Source: Pseudomonadota bacterium | GTDB lineage: Bacteria > Pseudomonadota > Alphaproteobacteria > Caulobacterales > Parvularculaceae | Reading direction: 5' to 3' | Assembly (NCBI GenBank): GCA_039198765.1 | Contig: JBCCTF010000001.1 | Span: 1 to 56,122, forward strand | Length of the DNA stretch: 56,122 nt | Part shown: piece by piece, positions 42,044-50,947 of the stretch | Layout of the letters: the number at the start of each line of letters is the position of its first letter | How positions within the stretch are numbered: the stretch's first letter is position 1 | Position numbers and translations under genes: made by a program | The notes under the pieces: generated by a model | What the model saw: the letters and a program-made list of their open reading frames with translations, nothing else | Told to the model about the DNA's origin: nothing | Databases searched by the model: none

Positions 42044-42763
42044 ATGCCGGGCAATCTAAGTCGTCCACCCACGGATCGGAACGAGGCGCCGCAAGGTCGC
42101 CTCTACGGTCGGCGGCAGGACAAGCCCCTGAAACCACGGCGAGAACGCCTCGTCAGGGACCTCCTGCCGACGCTGGCTTTCAGTGCAGACACGATCGTTG
42201 AGCAGGTGAGCAGCCACGACGGGCCTATCTTTTTCGAGATCGGCTTCGGCGGCGGCGAGCACCTAGCGTGGCAGGCAGGGCAGCATCCTCAAGCGCTTTG
42301 CTTTGGTGCCGAGCCGTTCATCAACGGCGTGGCCAAGCTGCTGTCCGTGATCGATGACCAAGACCTGAAAAACGTCCGTGTGCTGGAAGGTGACGCCCGC
42401 CCGCCCCTTGCGGCGCTGCCTGATGGCGCTCTTGATCGCCTGTTTCTCCTCCAACCTGACCCATGGCCGAAGAAGCGGCACCACAAACGGCGGATGGTCA
42501 GTCAGGCCTTCTTCGCTGAGGCGGCACGCCTTCTAAAACCTGGCGGCGAGCTTCGCATCAGCTCGGACATCGCCGACTACATCCGCTGGACGCTGATGCA
42601 CTGGCAGATGTTTGAGCGGGACGGCGGCGCGTTCGATTGGCCTGCGCAGTGTGCGGACGATTGGCGCGTGCGTCCCGATGACTGGCCCAAAACCCGCTAC
42701 ATGGCGAAAGGTGAAAGGGCAGAGCGCCCGGTCACGTTCCTGACCTTCGTCAGGCGCCCTTGA
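42044..42763 (+). CDS. trmB: tRNA (guanine-N7)-methyltransferase
   Basis: EIGFGGGEHL, EPFINGV, PDPWPKKRHHKRR, TRY. Confidence 0.95.
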   Translation: MPGNLSRPPTDRNEAPQGRLYGRRQDKPLKPRRERLVRDLLPTLAFSADTIVEQVSSHDGPIFFEIGFGGGEHLAWQAGQHPQALCFGAEPFINGVAKLLSVIDDQDLKNVRVLEGDARPPLAALPDGALDRLFLLQPDPWPKKRHHKRRMVSQAFFAEAARLLKPGGELRISSDIADYIRWTLMHWQMFERDGGAFDWPAQCADDWRVRPDDWPKTRYMAKGERAERPVTFLTFVRRP

Positions 42764-43709
42764 GGATCGGCCAGAGGCAGTGCTTGGCGAAGTCGCCGAC
42801 CTTCGGCCCGCGCGAGCGCTTGCCCCACCGGACGTTCCTGACGATCAGCCCAAACGTCACCGTGAAAGCCGCCACGACAGCTTTCGTCCGTGAACGGTTC
42901 TTCGTCCAGAACCGTCGCCAGCTCTCATACCAATAGGTCGGCATACCGAGGTTTTCGGTCTTGCTATCGACCACGCCGGTCGACTGCCCCTCAATATGCT
43001 CGATCACCGCGTGGGTGTCGCACAGCACACGGTAGCCAGCATTTGCGATCGACTCGATCCAGTCGGTCTCTTCGAAATAGAGGAAGTATCCCTCGTCCAT
43101 GCCGCCGACTTGGTCGATCACCTCGCGCCGGGTCATCATCGCCGCGCCGGAGATCCATGGCGCTTCGATTACCTCGTTCCGGTGCACCGGCAACGCCCGT
43201 TCGCCATCGAGGCCAAAGCGCTTCGGATCGATACAGGCAGCACCAAAGAATTCGCGCACCAAGTTCTTTCGTCCGAATGCGGAGGGCCTCTCCTCGCCAG
43301 CCTCATTCACAAGCAGCGGCCCGACGATCCCGTTCTTCGGATCATCCAGCACAGTCGTGGCCAGCTGAGCTAGTGCGCCGGGCCGAGGCCGGGCGTCAGG
43401 ATTCAGAAAGAAGACGAGGTCCGACGGCCCAATCTCCGACAGCCCGACATTGTTCCCGTAGGCAAAGCCGCCGTTCTTCTCAGCATTGATCAAACGGACA
43501 TTGTCGTGCGGCGCGACGGCGCCCGTCAGCACCTGCCGATCATCCCCCGGCGAAGCGTTGTCGACGATCATAACTTCGCCCGCCTCAAACGCCTCCAGCT
43601 CCGCCAAAAGCGCAGGCAGGTTTGCCGCGACGAGGTGCGCCGCCTTATAGTTGACGATGATCACCGCGACAGAGGGCAGCTTTGATGAAGATTGTGCGTT
43701 GGAGGACAT
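42750..43709 (-). CDS. Glycosyltransferase family 2
   Basis: IIVNY, VDNAS, NGGFAYGNN, FLNPD, DEGYFLYFEETD. Confidence 0.92.
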   Translation of the reverse strand: MSSNAQSSSKLPSVAVIIVNYKAAHLVAANLPALLAELEAFEAGEVMIVDNASPGDDRQVLTGAVAPHDNVRLINAEKNGGFAYGNNVGLSEIGPSDLVFFLNPDARPRPGALAQLATTVLDDPKNGIVGPLLVNEAGEERPSAFGRKNLVREFFGAACIDPKRFGLDGERALPVHRNEVIEAPWISGAAMMTRREVIDQVGGMDEGYFLYFEETDWIESIANAGYRVLCDTHAVIEHIEGQSTGVVDSKTENLGMPTYWYESWRRFWTKNRSRTKAVVAAFTVTFGLIVRNVRWGKRSRGPKVGDFAKHCLWPILKGA

Positions 43710-43763
43710 GACAAACCCGATCCTATCCCCTATGTCCCTTTCCACAGCTTGAACATTTCGCGC

Positions 43764-43789
43764 AAGCGGCCCCCCGGGGCCGCTTTTTT
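43764..43789 (+). terminator. Terminator/attenuator hairpin in the rimP leader
   Basis: AA-GCGGCCC-CCCG-GGGCCGC-TTTTTT ending 14 nt before the rimP ATG, on the rimP strand. Confidence 0.7.
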
Positions 43790-43803
43790 CGTACCTGAGG
43801 CCC

Positions 43804-44367
43804 ATGTCCGCACTCGTTGACCGTGTTGAGGAACTGATCACCCCCGCCGCTGAGGCCGCGGGGTTTGAGATCGTGCGCATCCGCATCACCGGGTCGGGCA
43901 CGCCAACGCTGCAGATCATGGCGGAGCGCCCCGACGGCACCATGGCGGCGGAGGATTGCGCGTCCCTTTCCCGCGCGATCAGCCCCGTGCTTGAGGACTT
44001 TGATCCGATCGATGATGCTTATCACCTCGAGGTCTCCTCGCCAGGCATCGACCGTCCGCTGACCAGGCTGAAAGACTTTGAGCGCTGGGATGGTTTCGAG
44101 GCCAAAATTGAATTGACCCAGGCCGTGGAGAACCAAAAGCGGTTCCGCGGCACCCTCGCCGGGGTGGAAGACGACAACGTCCTGTTCGACATCGACGGCG
44201 AGGACGACACGGCCCTCATCCCGTTCGACCTCATCGCCACCGCCAAGCTGATGATGTCCGACGACCTCATCACCGAAAGCCTCCGCCGCTCCAAAGCCGC
44301 CCTGAAAGACGGCGATGCTGGATGGAGCGACAACGAAGACGGCCCTCAACGCGGGGGAATGCGGTGA
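43804..44367 (+). CDS. rimP: Ribosome maturation factor RimP
   Basis: LQIMAERPDG, YHLEVSSPGIDRPLTR. Confidence 0.96.
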   Translation: MSALVDRVEELITPAAEAAGFEIVRIRITGSGTPTLQIMAERPDGTMAAEDCASLSRAISPVLEDFDPIDDAYHLEVSSPGIDRPLTRLKDFERWDGFEAKIELTQAVENQKRFRGTLAGVEDDNVLFDIDGEDDTALIPFDLIATAKLMMSDDLITESLRRSKAALKDGDAGWSDNEDGPQRGGMR

Positions 44368-44816
44368 TGGGGTTAGCTGTTCGTAACACCAGGTTATGTT
44401 GGCGCGGCGCGCGCCAACTATTCGCAGCGCCTCTTATGTACGCTGGCGCTTTCGCGCTGCCAGCCTACCTGTTTTCAGTGCTAGACGGAAAGCCTCACGT
44501 CGAAGCCCTGGCTCACGCTCTGCTCATCGGTTCTTTTGGGTTTTCTGCATCGCTGCTCTTTGGCCTGTCGAAGCGCAAGGACCTCTCGCATGCCACATTG
44601 GTAGGGTCATTCCTCGCTGGTTTTGTCGTATACGGGCTGACTGTTTTTGGTGTCTGGCGATTTGTTTTTGAAGAGCCTGTTGAGTCTTCTGCTCGCCTTG
44701 GCGTGATCGCAGGTTTGGCCTTGGTGTTCGGGACTTGGATCAAGACTTTACTGTTCGACCGGGGCGGGAACAACGGCGTTAAATCAGCGAACACAAGTAT
44801 GCGGAGGGCTGACTGA
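44367..44816 (+). CDS. Hypothetical membrane protein (about 4 TM)
   Basis: ATG overlaps the rimP stop (TGATG); hydrophobic segments; T-rich atypical composition. Confidence 0.6.
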   Translation: MGLAVRNTRLCWRGARQLFAAPLMYAGAFALPAYLFSVLDGKPHVEALAHALLIGSFGFSASLLFGLSKRKDLSHATLVGSFLAGFVVYGLTVFGVWRFVFEEPVESSARLGVIAGLALVFGTWIKTLLFDRGGNNGVKSANTSMRRAD

Positions 44817-45166
44817 TGCCGCTCCACGCATCATCCCGGAAAGCGCGGCAGCGCTTATCCGGTACCCATGGAATGAACGCCGGAAGGGGGAGCGAAAGTG
44901 GGCCTTGGGTCCCGGCCCTCCGCTGCGCTGCGGCCGGGATGACGGTTGCTGTTGTTGGCTGCGGACCTATCGCAGTGTGCAACGATGGTGGCGGTGTGTG
45001 GGACAGTGAAGCTGAGCGCTGCTATTGCACCTACACGCAACAAGGAACGTATGCTGACGAACCGTCAGCTTCGCAAAACGCATGGCGCGAATGGTGCGCC
45101 GGCCTCACAAATTTAGACAGTATTCGGATCAAAGCCGCGGTCACGCCCGCGCCAGAAGGAGCTTAA
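44816..45166 (+). CDS. Small Cys-rich putative lipoprotein/exported protein carrying an in-frame palindromic repeat
   Basis: TGATG overlap with the upstream ORF; VVGC lipobox-like; CNDGGGVWDSEAERCYC; stop 3 nt before nusA. Confidence 0.55.
   Translation: MPLHASSRKARQRLSGTHGMNAGRGSESGPWVPALRCAAAGMTVAVVGCGPIAVCNDGGGVWDSEAERCYCTYTQQGTYADEPSASQNAWREWCAGLTNLDSIRIKAAVTPAPEGA
44830..44943. repeat. Alphaproteobacterial palindromic repeat (RPE/REP/MITE-like)
   Basis: Terminal inverted repeats TCATCCCGG...CCGGGATGA, inner pair CCGGTACCCA/TGGGTCCCGG and two sub-hairpins. Confidence 0.8.
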
Positions 45167-45169
45167 TCC

Positions 45170-46747
45170 ATGGCAGTCACAGCCAATAAACTCGAACTGA
45201 TGCAGATCGCCCGTGCTGTGGCGATGGAGAAGTCGATTGACATGGATATTGTCATCGACGCCATGGAGGACGCGCTGAGCCGTGCGGCGAAGTCGCGTTA
45301 TGGGCAAGAGACAAACGTCCGTGTGGAGATTGATCCCAAAACCGGTGAACAGCGCCTGTGGCGTCTGATGGAAGTGGTTGAGGACGTCGAGAACGACTCG
45401 ACCGAGGTCAGCCTGAAGGCCGCGCAGCGCCAGAACCCTGAGGCCGAGGTCGGCGACTTTATCTCTGACCCCCTGCCGCCCGTGGACTTTGGCCGCGTGG
45501 CTGCGCTGTCCGCGAAGCAGACGATCACCCAGCGTATGCGTGACGCCGAGCGCGATAATCAGTACGAAGAGTACAAAGATCGCGTGGGCGAGATTATCTC
45601 AGGCATCATCAAACGCCTAGAGTATGGCCACGTCATTGTGGACCTCGGCAAAGGCGAGGCGATCATTCGCCGTGACCAGCAAATCCCGCGGGAGCCGCTA
45701 CGCCAGGGCGACCGCGTCCGCGCCTACATCGCCGACGTCCGCCGCGAGGCTCGTGGCCCGCAGATTTTCTTGAGCCGCAACCACCCGCAATTCATGGCGA
45801 AACTCTTCGAGCAAGAGGTGCCTGAGGTCTATGACGGCGTGATCGAGATCAAAGCCGTCGCCCGTGATGCGGGCAGCCGTGCGAAAATCGGTGTGCACTC
45901 CAATGACAGCTCCATCGACCCTGTCGGCGCCTGTGTCGGTATGCGCGGTAGCCGCGTGCAAGCCGTCGTCGGCGAGCTGGCCGGTGAGAAGATCGACATT
46001 GTTCCGTGGTCGGAAGACACCGCCACCTTCGTCGTCAACGCCCTCGCCCCTGCAGAGGTCGCCAAGGTCGTCCTCGACGAAGAGATGGAGCGGATTGAGG
46101 TGGTCGTTCCTGACGAGCAACTCTCCCTCGCCATCGGTCGCCGCGGTCAGAACGTCCGCCTCGCTAGCCAGGTGACCGGCTTCGAGATCGACATCATGAC
46201 CGAGGAAGAAGAGAGCGAGAAGCGCCAGAAAGAGTACGCCGAACGCTCGGCCCTCTTCATGGAAGTGCTCGACGTGGACGACATGATCGCCAACCTCCTC
46301 GTAGCAGAAGGCTTTGCCCGAGTGGAAGAGATCGCCTACGTCGACATCAACGAAATCTCGCTGATCGAAGGCTTCGACGACGAAACTGCGGAAGAGCTTC
46401 AGGCCCGCGCGCAGGAATACCTTGAGAAAGAGCGTCAGGAACTCGACGCCAAGCGGATCGAGATGGGCGTGGACGACGACATGCTCACGTTCGAGCAGCT
46501 GGACCTCAAGATGATCATCGCCCTCGCCGAAGAAGGCGTGAAGTCGGTCGAGGACCTCGCGGGCTGCGTCGCCGACGACCTCACCGGTTGGACCGAGCGC
46601 GTCGACGGCGAGAAGAAGCACTATGAAGGCATGCTGGAAAAATTCCGCATCAAGCCTGAAGGCGCTGAAGTGCTCGTCGCGGAGGCCCGCGCCCGCATGG
46701 GCTGGGACGACGAAGAGGAAGACGAAGGCGAAACCGAAGAAGCCTGA
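45170..46747 (+). CDS. nusA: Transcription termination/antitermination factor NusA
   Basis: FGRVAALSAKQ, S1 domain, DPVGACVGMRGSRVQ, LAIGRRGQNVRLA, acidic repeats. Confidence 0.98.
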   Translation: MAVTANKLELMQIARAVAMEKSIDMDIVIDAMEDALSRAAKSRYGQETNVRVEIDPKTGEQRLWRLMEVVEDVENDSTEVSLKAAQRQNPEAEVGDFISDPLPPVDFGRVAALSAKQTITQRMRDAERDNQYEEYKDRVGEIISGIIKRLEYGHVIVDLGKGEAIIRRDQQIPREPLRQGDRVRAYIADVRREARGPQIFLSRNHPQFMAKLFEQEVPEVYDGVIEIKAVARDAGSRAKIGVHSNDSSIDPVGACVGMRGSRVQAVVGELAGEKIDIVPWSEDTATFVVNALAPAEVAKVVLDEEMERIEVVVPDEQLSLAIGRRGQNVRLASQVTGFEIDIMTEEEESEKRQKEYAERSALFMEVLDVDDMIANLLVAEGFARVEEIAYVDINEISLIEGFDDETAEELQARAQEYLEKERQELDAKRIEMGVDDDMLTFEQLDLKMIIALAEEGVKSVEDLAGCVADDLTGWTERVDGEKKHYEGMLEKFRIKPEGAEVLVAEARARMGWDDEEEDEGETEEA

Positions 46748-46846
46748 CCCTTCAACCGCTTCGGTCATTAAAATTGTGACGCGAACGTCCAAGACCTGCA
46801 AAGCGAAGCGCCCTAGCGTGGACTTCGCTTTGGGGTCTAGGTTCGC

Positions 46847-49390
46847 GTGATTATCAACAAGTCACTCTTCGGCCGTGTGATGACGGTGGCGGCGCTGGCG
46901 TCCGTCGCGATCATCGTTGGCGCCGGCGTCGTCGCTTACTCGGTGACCTATAGCGAAGTCACTGAGTACCGCATGGGGCGCCTCAGCGAGAGCACGAACG
47001 CGCGGGCGCAGCGGCAAGAGGCGACTTTCGAGCAAATTGAGGCTTCGCTCGTCCAAAGCCTCGAAGCGTACCACCGCACCCGCGACACCATGACCGCCGA
47101 ACGGGCACTGCCATCATTTGTGGAGGCCTTCCCACCTTTTGGTGATGGAAGCCGGCGCAGCACAGACCCAATGTTTGAAGGCACCGTCGACGGTCGCGGG
47201 CGCAACATCTTTGGCATTGGCGCGCTCATTCCGTCTTCAACAGTTCTTGAGGAAGAGCGCATCCTCCACTTCATGAGCGGCTATGAGGTGGTGACGACCT
47301 TTGGTCCAAGCCTACGGGGGCAGCTTGCCAATTTCTGGTTTTTTGCCAACACGGGCGATATCGTCGTCTTCGCCCCCGAGCGCGCCGATGAACTGCGCCC
47401 ATATCGGTACGACCTTCCGCCAGATTTCGATTTTTCAGGCCATATCGTTTCAAAGATCGGCAGTGTTGAGAACAATCCGAGCCGGGGCACCGTCTGCGGC
47501 AGCCTGAACGGCATGGTCTATGACCCGAACGGTCAGCGCACAGATCTCACGTCGAGCTGTCAGATCCCGGTCGATGATGAAAATGGAAATCACATCGGTT
47601 CGATTGGAACAACCCTGCCCATCACGGGTTGGATGAACGAAACGATCCAGACGGAAAACAATTCTGACTATCGCTACATGCTGGTCAGTGAAGAGGACGG
47701 CCTGCTCACCCACCGAGACCTCGGCACTGTCGGCAAAGCTGCAGATGTCGAGCGGCTGGCGAAAGCGGAACGCGTCGACCGCATCCTCTCCATGATCGAC
47801 GGCCCATCTGGCGCGTACACGGACTCAATCACTGGATCGACCATTGCGTATGCCAACATCGCTGGTGCCAACTGGTTCCTCGTTGCTGTTCAGCCGAAAA
47901 GCGTGATCGCCAGCGCTGCACGTGACGCGGCGCTGCTGGCAGCGTCGGCCACGGGAATGACGGCCCTACTTCTGCTGTGCGTCATCGGTTGGTTCGTGAT
48001 CTCGCTCATCGCCCGGCCGCTGCGGGCGCTCGCCGATGAAGCCGACAAACCCATCACCGAAGCGGGCGGCCTCAAAGACCTCGCCCTGCGCGATGACGAA
48101 ATTGGCCGCCTTGGTGGCGCACTCATCCAACGTGACCAGCGGGTGAACAGCCTGGTGGAAACCCTGGAACAACGCGTGATCGAGCGAACCAACGAAATCG
48201 AAGTCGCGCGCCAGGACGCCGAAGCTGCGAATGAAGCGAAGACGGCTTTCCTGGCAACCATGAGCCACGAAATCCGTACACCGATGAATGGCGTCGTCGG
48301 CATGGCGGAAGCCCTCGCACGGACCAACCTCGACAGCGAACAGCGTGACTATCTCGGCGTGATGACCCGCTCAGGCGAGTCCCTCCTCGCGCTGATCGAC
48401 GACATTCTCGACATTTCGAAGATCGAAGCAGGTAAGCTCAAGATTGAGCCGATGCCGGTCAGCCCCCGCGACATCATTGACGAGGTCTGCGGACTCTACT
48501 CCGAAGCCGCTGCGAAGAAGGGCCTGACCCTATCCAGCGACATTAGCGGCATCGCCATGGAGCACATCGGCACCGATGCCCTCCGCCTGCGTCAGATCCT
48601 TTCCAACCTGGTGTCCAACGCGATCAAGTTTACCGAGGTCGGCCAAGTCACCGTCACCGCCCGCGAGCTGGGCAAAGGCATCCTCGAAATCGCCGTGACT
48701 GACACGGGTCGCGGCATCCCTGCGAAACTCCAAGCGACGATCTTCAACAAGTTCGAGCAGGCCGAGAAATCCACCACCCGTCGGTTTGGAGGCACGGGCC
48801 TCGGCCTCGCCATCTCGCGCGAGCTGGCGCATCTGCTCGGCGGCGACCTGACCGTTTCGTCGATCCCGCATGCCGGGGCAACCTTCACGCTCACCATCCG
48901 CTCCCTCGACACGACTGGGGCCTCCGACACACCTGAGCCGACGCGCCTCGAAGTCCCCGAGATGAACGCCGAACGGATGTCTGAGCTATCGCTCCTGGTC
49001 GCCGAGGATCTTGAGGTGAACCGCCGCGTCCTCGAGGCCATCTGCAAGCCGCTGGGAATCAAACTGACCATGGCCGAGAACGGGCAGGAGGCTTTGGAAC
49101 TGATCGCTGGCGACACGTTCGACGCTGTCCTTATGGACCTCCGGATGCCCGTGATGGATGGACTTGAAGCGACACGCCGTATCCGCGCGGGCGAAGCGGG
49201 TGAGCTGGCCAAGCGCACGCCCATTATCGCGCTGACCGCGAACGCCATGCGTGAGCACGTGGTGGAAAGCCTTGATGCAGGCGCCGACGCCCATGTGGCC
49301 AAGCCGATCAGCCGTTCGGCCCTCATCGCAGCCCTGACCGAGCATTGCGGCCTCGAAGCCGACGCTGCGCCAGAAGCCCGGCAGGCCTAA
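46847..49390 (+). CDS. Hybrid sensor histidine kinase (periplasmic Cache-like domain, HAMP, HisKA, HATPase, receiver)
   Basis: Two TMs, FLATMSHEIRTPMNG, NLVSNAIKFT, GGTGLGLAI, LMDLRMPVMDG. Confidence 0.95.
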   Translation: MIINKSLFGRVMTVAALASVAIIVGAGVVAYSVTYSEVTEYRMGRLSESTNARAQRQEATFEQIEASLVQSLEAYHRTRDTMTAERALPSFVEAFPPFGDGSRRSTDPMFEGTVDGRGRNIFGIGALIPSSTVLEEERILHFMSGYEVVTTFGPSLRGQLANFWFFANTGDIVVFAPERADELRPYRYDLPPDFDFSGHIVSKIGSVENNPSRGTVCGSLNGMVYDPNGQRTDLTSSCQIPVDDENGNHIGSIGTTLPITGWMNETIQTENNSDYRYMLVSEEDGLLTHRDLGTVGKAADVERLAKAERVDRILSMIDGPSGAYTDSITGSTIAYANIAGANWFLVAVQPKSVIASAARDAALLAASATGMTALLLLCVIGWFVISLIARPLRALADEADKPITEAGGLKDLALRDDEIGRLGGALIQRDQRVNSLVETLEQRVIERTNEIEVARQDAEAANEAKTAFLATMSHEIRTPMNGVVGMAEALARTNLDSEQRDYLGVMTRSGESLLALIDDILDISKIEAGKLKIEPMPVSPRDIIDEVCGLYSEAAAKKGLTLSSDISGIAMEHIGTDALRLRQILSNLVSNAIKFTEVGQVTVTARELGKGILEIAVTDTGRGIPAKLQATIFNKFEQAEKSTTRRFGGTGLGLAISRELAHLLGGDLTVSSIPHAGATFTLTIRSLDTTGASDTPEPTRLEVPEMNAERMSELSLLVAEDLEVNRRVLEAICKPLGIKLTMAENGQEALELIAGDTFDAVLMDLRMPVMDGLEATRRIRAGEAGELAKRTPIIALTANAMREHVVESLDAGADAHVAKPISRSALIAALTEHCGLEADAAPEARQA

Positions 49391-49432
49391 CCGCCGCTTG
49401 CCCACGGGCGTCTCGTTTGCGAAACGGCCCGC

Positions 49433-50239
49433 ATGAGCGATCTTCCTCCCGTCTCCTGCTACATCAGGACCAAGAACGAAGCGCGCCGCATCGGCGACGT
49501 GGTCCGCGCTGCGCGCTTGGCTGCTCGCGAGGTGATCGTTGTGGACTCAGGCTCCACCGACGGGACCCAGGACATCGCGCGGGAGGCAGGCGCCGTTGTT
49601 CACGAGGTCGACTGGCTCGGTAATGGCGGGCAGAAGCGCGCCGCAGAAGATCTGTGTACCCACGACTGGCTCCTCGATCTCGACGCCGACGAAGTGATCC
49701 AGCCAGAGTTGGCGGAGAGCATCAAAGCGCTATTCGCCGATGGGAGAGAACCGGATCATACCGTCTACGGATTGTTCCAGGTCCACGCGGTGCCGTATCT
49801 TGAGCCGTGGTGGAACGTCGACAACATCGTCAAGAACAAGTTCTACGACCGCCGCAAGATCCGCATTCCGGATCACCCGGCGTGGGACCAGCTCGAAGCC
49901 TCCAAACGCACCAGCCCGCGCCTCGACGGCGTGATGTTGCATTACATGTTCTCGGACATTGGGGACCTGGTGAAGAAGCAGGAACGGAACATGACCCGCC
50001 GGGCCGCTGGCGTCGCGCTGAAGCCGAAGGGCGTGCTTGCCGCGCGCATCGTGCTGGCGTTCCCGATCTATTTCTTGAAGCGCTATCTGCTGAAAGGTCT
50101 TTGGCGGAAAGGCGTTTACGGATTCGCCTTCTCGTTCACCATCGCCTATGGCCGGTGGCTAAAGGATGTAAAACTTTACGAGCGGCACTTGAAGGCGGAA
50201 GCCGAGGCCGCGGGCCAGGGAGAGCCAACCCATGCTTAA
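49433..50239 (+). CDS. GT2 glycosyltransferase (LPS core, WaaE/KdtX-like)
   Basis: TKNEA, VDSGSTDGT, GNGGQK, LDLDADE, YLLKGLWRKG. Confidence 0.88.
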   Translation: MSDLPPVSCYIRTKNEARRIGDVVRAARLAAREVIVVDSGSTDGTQDIAREAGAVVHEVDWLGNGGQKRAAEDLCTHDWLLDLDADEVIQPELAESIKALFADGREPDHTVYGLFQVHAVPYLEPWWNVDNIVKNKFYDRRKIRIPDHPAWDQLEASKRTSPRLDGVMLHYMFSDIGDLVKKQERNMTRRAAGVALKPKGVLAARIVLAFPIYFLKRYLLKGLWRKGVYGFAFSFTIAYGRWLKDVKLYERHLKAEAEAAGQGEPTHA

Positions 50240-50855
50240 CTTCGACGCCCTGCGGAATGCACGCACACGGACAGAACCGTTCACCTACATCGTTGCTGAA
50301 GGCAGCCTGTCTTCGAGTGAGGCCGAAGGTGTGCGTACGGATTATCCGAAGATTGATAAGACAGGCTACCTTCCTCTCACCAAGCTGAACAGCCATGGGC
50401 GGTTCCAAGAACTCATCGATGATCTTCAGTCGGAGGAGCTGGCGGAAGTGTTGTCGGAAAAGCTGAACCTCGACCTTATTGGCAAGCCGCGCATGATCAC
50501 AGTGCGCAAGCACTCGAAGATCGGTGACGGCCGCATCCACAACGACTCCATCTCGAAGATTTGTACCATGCTGGTCTACTTGAACGACAGCTGGGACAAG
50601 GAAGAGGGCGGTGCAATCCGTGCACTGAATGGTGAACACGACATGGATGACTTTGCCGAGGAAGTGGAGCCGCTGGCGGGCAATGTCTTTGCGTTTGCGC
50701 GGTCAGACACCAGCTGGCACGGTCACCCGCCTTTCGCTGGCGAGCGCTACGTCATCCAGACAACGTTCCTGACCAGCCAGGAAGAGCTGGACCGGAAAGA
50801 GAAGCGCGGCAGCCTGCAAATGAAGCTGAAACAATTCTTCGAACGGCTCGGCTAA
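50232..50855 (+). CDS. 2OG-Fe(II) oxygenase
   Basis: HxD (IHNDS), LVYLN..W...GG, distal His (SWHGH) and Arg. Confidence 0.85.
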   Translation: MLNFDALRNARTRTEPFTYIVAEGSLSSSEAEGVRTDYPKIDKTGYLPLTKLNSHGRFQELIDDLQSEELAEVLSEKLNLDLIGKPRMITVRKHSKIGDGRIHNDSISKICTMLVYLNDSWDKEEGGAIRALNGEHDMDDFAEEVEPLAGNVFAFARSDTSWHGHPPFAGERYVIQTTFLTSQEELDRKEKRGSLQMKLKQFFERLG

Positions 50856-50947
50856 ATCGCTCATTGCGAAACGTTATATATGGCGAGGCGTACCGTTTGT
50901 CGCATCGCGCCTAGGCCCGCACGCGCTGATCAACTATCCAAGCTCCT

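Noticed and set aside
45698-46801. 367-aa antisense ORF over nusA
   Set aside because: Antisense shadow
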